DNA of 41,512 nt from a virus: the UHGV virus genome UHGV-0155266. One strand, 5' to 3'. Both the position numbers and the translations under genes were made by a program. Below are positions 37,570 through 41,512 of this stretch, in pieces (within the stretch, counting starts at the first letter, position 1; the number at the start of each line of letters is the position of its first letter). The notes beneath the pieces were generated by a model that saw only the letters and a program-made list of their open reading frames with translations, did no database searches and was not told the origin of the DNA.

Positions 37570-38022
37570 GTGATTTATATGAACGAATATGTTTATAGTG
37601 CCAGGCATAATGCTTTTTTCCCTGTGGATATGATTGATAAATATAAATCAGTAGGATGGGATTTATCAGATGCTAAGGAGGTGAATCAAAATATTGTCAG
37701 TGAGTTTATGGCTGAACCGCCACAAGGAAAAGTCCGTATTGCCGGAGAGGATGGACTACCTGCGTGGGCAGATATTCCTCCACCTACTCATGAAGAGCTT
37801 ATTGAAATTACTGAATCAGAAAGACAGCTACTAATTAACCAGGCTAACGAATACATGAACGGTAAGCAATGGCCTGGTAAAGCCGCTATTGGTCGTCTGA
37901 AAGGTGAGGAACTGGCGCAATATAATTTGTGGCTGGATTATCTGGACGCACTGGAGCTGATCGATACTTCCGGTGCGCCAGATATTGAATGGCCTACGCC
38001 TCCGGCAATTCAGGCCAGATGA
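37570..38022 (+). CDS. tail fibre assembly protein (active orientation)
   Basis: 150-aa ORF directly after the tail fibre gene; its C-terminal motif (DTSGAPDIEWPTPP) parallels that of the opposing copy (DTSTAPDVIWPELP). Confidence 0.7.
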   Translation: MIYMNEYVYSARHNAFFPVDMIDKYKSVGWDLSDAKEVNQNIVSEFMAEPPQGKVRIAGEDGLPAWADIPPPTHEELIEITESERQLLINQANEYMNGKQWPGKAAIGRLKGEELAQYNLWLDYLDALELIDTSGAPDIEWPTPPAIQAR

Positions 38023-38596
38023 CATCCGGCGCTGTGCTGGTATCTGTTGCCGTCACCGCGTCAATGTAATCCAGCACAGCGTTAAGGCGGGTTGTTTCTG
38101 CCTGCGTCAGCTTCCGTCCGGCCTGTAATTTCAGTTGAATCAGACTGATGGAGGCCATTGCAGTATCAATCAGCGACTGGCGCTGTGCTTCTGCTGCATC
38201 TACTGCTGCGCCGTGCTGTGCCTCGGTATCTGTCACCCATTTCTCACCATTCCATTCATCGTATGGCGTTAACGGGGCGATAGTGGTTGTATTTTCAGGA
38301 TAATCACCCGGAGCTGTGATTTCTTTCGATTCTCCTGTTTCGGTGCTATAGACAATTTCACCGCGATGATCTGGCACATATTCCCATGAGTTTAAATCCA
38401 TCGAACGGCAGATAGCATAACCCGCCTTATGTGTGCCAGGGGCATCTAAACAGGAATATGCAGGGATACCGACACCAATGGCAAGATATTCATTTGAAGT
38501 GGAAATATATTCCCGAGTTTTACCATCATAGTTATAGACGGTAATATTCCCCGCCTTCGTGGCAATAAGCTCGCTATTTAATACGGCGTTATCCAT
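37994..38596 (-). CDS. tail fibre assembly protein (alternative, inverted orientation)
   Basis: 200-aa ORF on the minus strand inside the invertible segment, convergent with and overlapping the plus-strand tfa. Confidence 0.7.
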   Translation of the reverse strand: MDNAVLNSELIATKAGNITVYNYDGKTREYISTSNEYLAIGVGIPAYSCLDAPGTHKAGYAICRSMDLNSWEYVPDHRGEIVYSTETGESKEITAPGDYPENTTTIAPLTPYDEWNGEKWVTDTEAQHGAAVDAAEAQRQSLIDTAMASISLIQLKLQAGRKLTQAETTRLNAVLDYIDAVTATDTSTAPDVIWPELPEA

Positions 38597-39076
38597 TATG
38601 CAGCCCTCACGATAAAATTAAATGCAATATTTCGTGGACGGGTTTCATTCCCGCCAGTATTACCGATACTCCCTCGTGAATGAAGTGTCGGTGATGGGAT
38701 CAGACTCCCTCCTGTATTTGTGGCATCAAGTCCCCGTCCTTGTGTGTATGTCTTTTTGAAAATCGTAGCCAGTTCCCATTCATCTTTTGTGTCGTAACCA
38801 TCATTTGCAACAACAATATGGCGGTGTTTTTCCAGCATCCCTGTCTGAATGCTCAATAAAACACGTCCTGCATCAATACCGCGCCCGTCATCCCAGCCAC
38901 GAATAAACTCACCGCGTAAATCAGGTAATTTATTTGTTGGATAAGCCTTTGCCAGTTCCGGGTATTCTTCAGCAGAAAATGCCGCACCGTTGCATTTCAG
39001 CCAGCCTGTTGGCGGTGTGGCTGAAGGCCATGGAACAGGCACACCAACAGGTAATGCAGAGCCTTCTCCCAAACCA
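38596..39076 (-). CDS. alternative tail fibre variable C-terminus (silent until inversion)
   Basis: Minus-strand frame encoding ...NVGLGEGSALP... and a Gly-rich fibre tip; it shares the GLGE junction with the expressed fibre at the inversion site and has no start codon of its own. Confidence 0.65.
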
Positions 39077-39089
39077 ACGTTTATGAAAA
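39064..39089. repeat. right Pin recombination site (gix/pix-like)
   Basis: ttctcccaaaccaacgtttatgaaaa, inverted relative to 37173-37198. Confidence 0.6.
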
Positions 39090-39143
39090 TGCAGAAATAA
39101 CGAGCAAATGGCATCATTCCTGCTTTTGTCAGGGGGATCTACC

Positions 39144-39698
39144 ATGCTTATTGGCTATGTACGCGTATCAACAAATGACCAGAACACAGATCTACAACGT
39201 AATGCGCTGAACTGTGCAGGATGTGAGCTGATTTTTGAAGACAAGATAAGCGGTACAAAGTCCGAAAGGCCGGGACTGAAAAAACTGCTCAGGACATTAT
39301 CGGCAGGTGACACGCTGGTGGTCTGGAAACTGGACCGGCTGGGGCGCAGTATGCGGCATCTTGTCGTGCTGGTGGAGGAGTTGCGCGAACGAGGCATCAA
39401 CTTTCGTAGTCTGACGGATTCAATTGATACCAGTACCCCAATGGGGCGCTTTTTCTTTCATGTGATGGGTGCCCTGGCTGAAATGGAGCGTGAACTGATT
39501 GTTGAAAGAACAAAAGCTGGACTGGAAGCTGCTCGCGCACAGGGACGAATTGGTGGACGTCGTCCCAAACTTACACCAGAACAATGGGAACAGGCCGGAC
39601 GATTAATTGCATCAGGAGTTCCTCGCCAGAAGGTGGCGATTATCTATGATGTTGGTGTGTCAACTTTGTATAAGAGGTTTCCTGCAGGGGATAAATAA
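39144..39698 (+). CDS. pin: DNA invertase Pin (serine recombinase, Gin/Hin/Pin family)
   Basis: MLIGYVRVSTNDQ N-terminus with the catalytic Ser, resolvase domain and C-terminal HTH; closely matches e14 PinE as recalled; adjacent to the invertible segment. Confidence 0.9.
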   Translation: MLIGYVRVSTNDQNTDLQRNALNCAGCELIFEDKISGTKSERPGLKKLLRTLSAGDTLVVWKLDRLGRSMRHLVVLVEELRERGINFRSLTDSIDTSTPMGRFFFHVMGALAEMERELIVERTKAGLEAARAQGRIGGRRPKLTPEQWEQAGRLIASGVPRQKVAIIYDVGVSTLYKRFPAGDK

Positions 39699-39804
39699 AG
39701 TTAAAGACACTTTTTGTACAAAAGAGAATAAAACAACAGCAACTTGTTGCAATTTTATCAATAAAAGTAGTATTGTCGTGAAAAATTGATTAAAGATTAA
39801 TATT

Positions 39805-40638
39805 ATGCATGTTTTTGATAATAATGGAATTGAACTGAAAGCTGAGTGTTCGATAGGTGAAGAGGATGGTGTTTATGGTCTAATCCTTGAGTCGTGGGGG
39901 CCGGGTGACAGAAACAAAGATTACAATATCGCTCTTGATTATATCATTGAACGGTTGGTTGATTCTGGTGTATCCCAAGTCGTAGTATATCTGGCGTCAT
40001 CATCAGTCAGAAAACATATGCATTCTTTGGATGAAAGAAAAATCCATCCTGGTGAATATTTTACTTTGATTGGTAATAGCCCCCGCGATATACGCTTGAA
40101 GATGTGTGGTTATCAGGCTTATTTTAGTCGTACGGGGAGAAAGGAAATTCCTTCCGGCAATAGAACGAAACGAATATTGATAAATGTCCCAGGTATTTAT
40201 AGTGACAGTTTTTGGGCGTCTATAATACGTGGAGAACTATCAGAGCTTTCACAGCCTACAGATGATGAATCGCTTCTGAATATGAGGGTTAGTAAATTAA
40301 TTAAGAAAACGTTGAGTCAACCCGAGGGCTCCAGGAAACCAGTTGAGGTAGAAAGACTACAAAAAGTTTATGTCCGAGACCCGATGGTAAAAGCTTGGAT
40401 TTTACAGCAAAGTAAAGGTATATGTGAAAACTGTGGTAAAAATGCTCCGTTTTATTTAAATGATGGAAACCCATATTTGGAAGTGCATCATGTAATTCCC
40501 CTGTCTTCAGGTGGTGCTGATACAACAGATAACTGTGTTGCCCTTTGTCCGAATTGCCATAGAGAATTGCACTATAGTAAAAATGCAAAAGAACTAATCG
40601 AGATGCTTTACGTTAATATAAACCGATTACAGAAATAA
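39805..40638 (+). CDS. mcrA: McrA-like modified-cytosine restriction endonuclease (HNH)
   Basis: 277-aa protein with a C-terminal HNH motif (HHVIPLSSGGADTTDNCVALCPNCH); sequence and position (after pin at the e14 right end) match E. coli McrA as recalled. Confidence 0.85.
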   Translation: MHVFDNNGIELKAECSIGEEDGVYGLILESWGPGDRNKDYNIALDYIIERLVDSGVSQVVVYLASSSVRKHMHSLDERKIHPGEYFTLIGNSPRDIRLKMCGYQAYFSRTGRKEIPSGNRTKRILINVPGIYSDSFWASIIRGELSELSQPTDDESLLNMRVSKLIKKTLSQPEGSRKPVEVERLQKVYVRDPMVKAWILQQSKGICENCGKNAPFYLNDGNPYLEVHHVIPLSSGGADTTDNCVALCPNCHRELHYSKNAKELIEMLYVNINRLQK

Positions 40639-40869
40639 AATTATTTATTAAAGTCACATTTAAGACGTAATACCCTACAGGGTAAAAATTTTCTCTGATC
40701 TTAACTTCTGCAAATGTTAACTGCTATTTTTATGCTAAAAATGGTTATCAAAACTCAAAAACACATGTTTATAATCAATGAGTTATAGAAATGCTAAGGG
40801 CTAATGAGTTATATGCAAATTAGTAAAATTATGTTGCTATGTCAAATAGTTACGATTTAGTCATCTAAC

Positions 40870-41035
40870 TAATGTTACGCCATATGGGCTGGACTGAAGC
40901 CGCAGACTTGATTGTTAAAGGTATGGAAGGCGCAATCAATGCGAAGACCGTAACCTATGATTTCGAACGTCTGATGGAAGGTGCTAAACTGCTGAAATGC
41001 AGCGAGTTTGGTGATGCGATCATCAAGAACATGTA
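40870..41035 (+). pseudogene. icdC: displaced 3' fragment of icd (attR)
   Basis: In-frame translation ...[55 protein letters not shown] matches the Icd C-terminus with no upstream gene body; homology begins near 40870. Confidence 0.8.
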
Positions 41036-41058
41036 ATTACTACATGTGTTAAATATTG

Positions 41059-41090
41059 TAACGGGCGTATAACACGCCCGTTGTTTTATT
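41059..41090 (+). terminator. rho-independent terminator (icd terminator)
   Basis: 9-bp stem AACGGGCGT/ACGCCCGTT with loop ATAAC, followed by a T-rich run. Confidence 0.6.
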
Positions 41091-41138
41091 TATGTGGATA
41101 TTATTAATATCATGTCGAGAATATTTATATGAAGGCCA

Positions 41139-41462
41139 TTACTTGAGTCCATATGGGCATATTTTTATAATACAACTATTATGTAAACATTTATTTGTTA
41201 TTTCGCTTTCTCCTGGAGGACACTCTTGACTGCTTTTGAGTAAACTCCATAAATTCTTGTTGAATGGTGCAATGTTATAAATAGTAATAGGATATTCTTT
41301 ATCCTCAAGGATAATACCAGGCTTAACCGGTGTAAATATACTTCCAGGAGGAAGAAATATAGTAGATTGATACCAGATGATCATTTTCATATCACCCCAT
41401 ATGGCTGAAAAAGATATGCCGCATGTAGGTTGAATTACCGTGTCAATTACTACCCACTTCAT
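41139..41462 (-). CDS. iraM: anti-adaptor protein IraM-like (host flank)
   Basis: 107-aa ORF with an AT-rich gene body; closely resembles E. coli IraM as recalled (MKW(V/I)VIDTVIQP...ICPYGLK); lies outside the prophage. Confidence 0.7.
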   Translation of the reverse strand: MKWVVIDTVIQPTCGISFSAIWGDMKMIIWYQSTIFLPPGSIFTPVKPGIILEDKEYPITIYNIAPFNKNLWSLLKSSQECPPGESEITNKCLHNSCIIKICPYGLK

Positions 41463-41512
41463 TTGTTATGTCTTATCCCACGGTATTTAATATAGTTCAT
41501 TTGGATGTTCAT

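Larger units (their letters stand above)
37186..39076. other. Pin-invertible tail-fibre segment (about 1.9 kb)
   Basis: Bounded by inverted 26-bp sites; holds an expressed variable fibre C-terminus plus tfa on the + strand and a silent alternative C-terminus plus tfa on the - strand; pin is adjacent. Confidence 0.6.
1..40882. mobile_element. e14-like temperate prophage; right end (attR) in window, left end beyond window start
   Basis: Contiguous integrase, excisionase, CI/Cro, replication, lysis, head and tail modules, pin and mcrA, ending where icd 3' homology begins near 40870 with host iraM beyond. Confidence 0.8.

Noticed and set aside
39108-39143. Upstream extension of pin to track start 39108
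   Set aside because: Canonical invertase N-terminus MLIGYVRVSTNDQ begins at ATG 39144 with an RBS; the upstream 12 codons overlap the recombination-site leader.
1-41512. CRISPR arrays, rRNA/tRNA genes or insertion sequences
   Set aside because: No short regularly spaced direct repeats with unique spacers, no rRNA/tRNA-like conserved motifs, and no transposase-like ORF with terminal inverted repeats; the only recombinases are the phage integrase and Pin.

Overview
The window is almost entirely one integrated temperate phage of the E. coli e14 type, ending at its right attachment site inside the 3' end of icd, with host iraM just beyond. The left prophage end is outside the window. Gene order, left to right: two accessory genes next to the integrase (a 445-aa Toprim-motif protein and a 309-aa membrane-anchored protein); int and xis; a roughly 490-bp GC-rich, hairpin-rich segment with no convincing ORF; a variable block with a BRCT-domain protein; the CI/Cro immunity switch with repeated operator half-sites; replication initiator with internal iterons; Dam-like methyltransferase, RusA, KilA-N, DUF968 and Q-like antiterminator; a post-Q moron and a second methyltransferase; holin, lambda R-like endolysin, Rz and Rz1; a minus-strand two-gene cassette; HNH, terminase, portal, protease and HK97-type capsid; a Mu-like contractile tail module with a -1 frameshifted chaperone and a moron after the tape measure; a Pin-invertible tail-fibre segment; pin; and mcrA. 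The best candidates for an undescribed system are the integrase-adjacent Toprim protein with its divergent membrane partner (the slot where K-12 e14 carries lit), the minus-strand pair between lysis and packaging genes, and the BRCT protein with the adjacent structured segment. All family assignments rest on motifs read from the translations and on recalled similarity; no search or computation was run.
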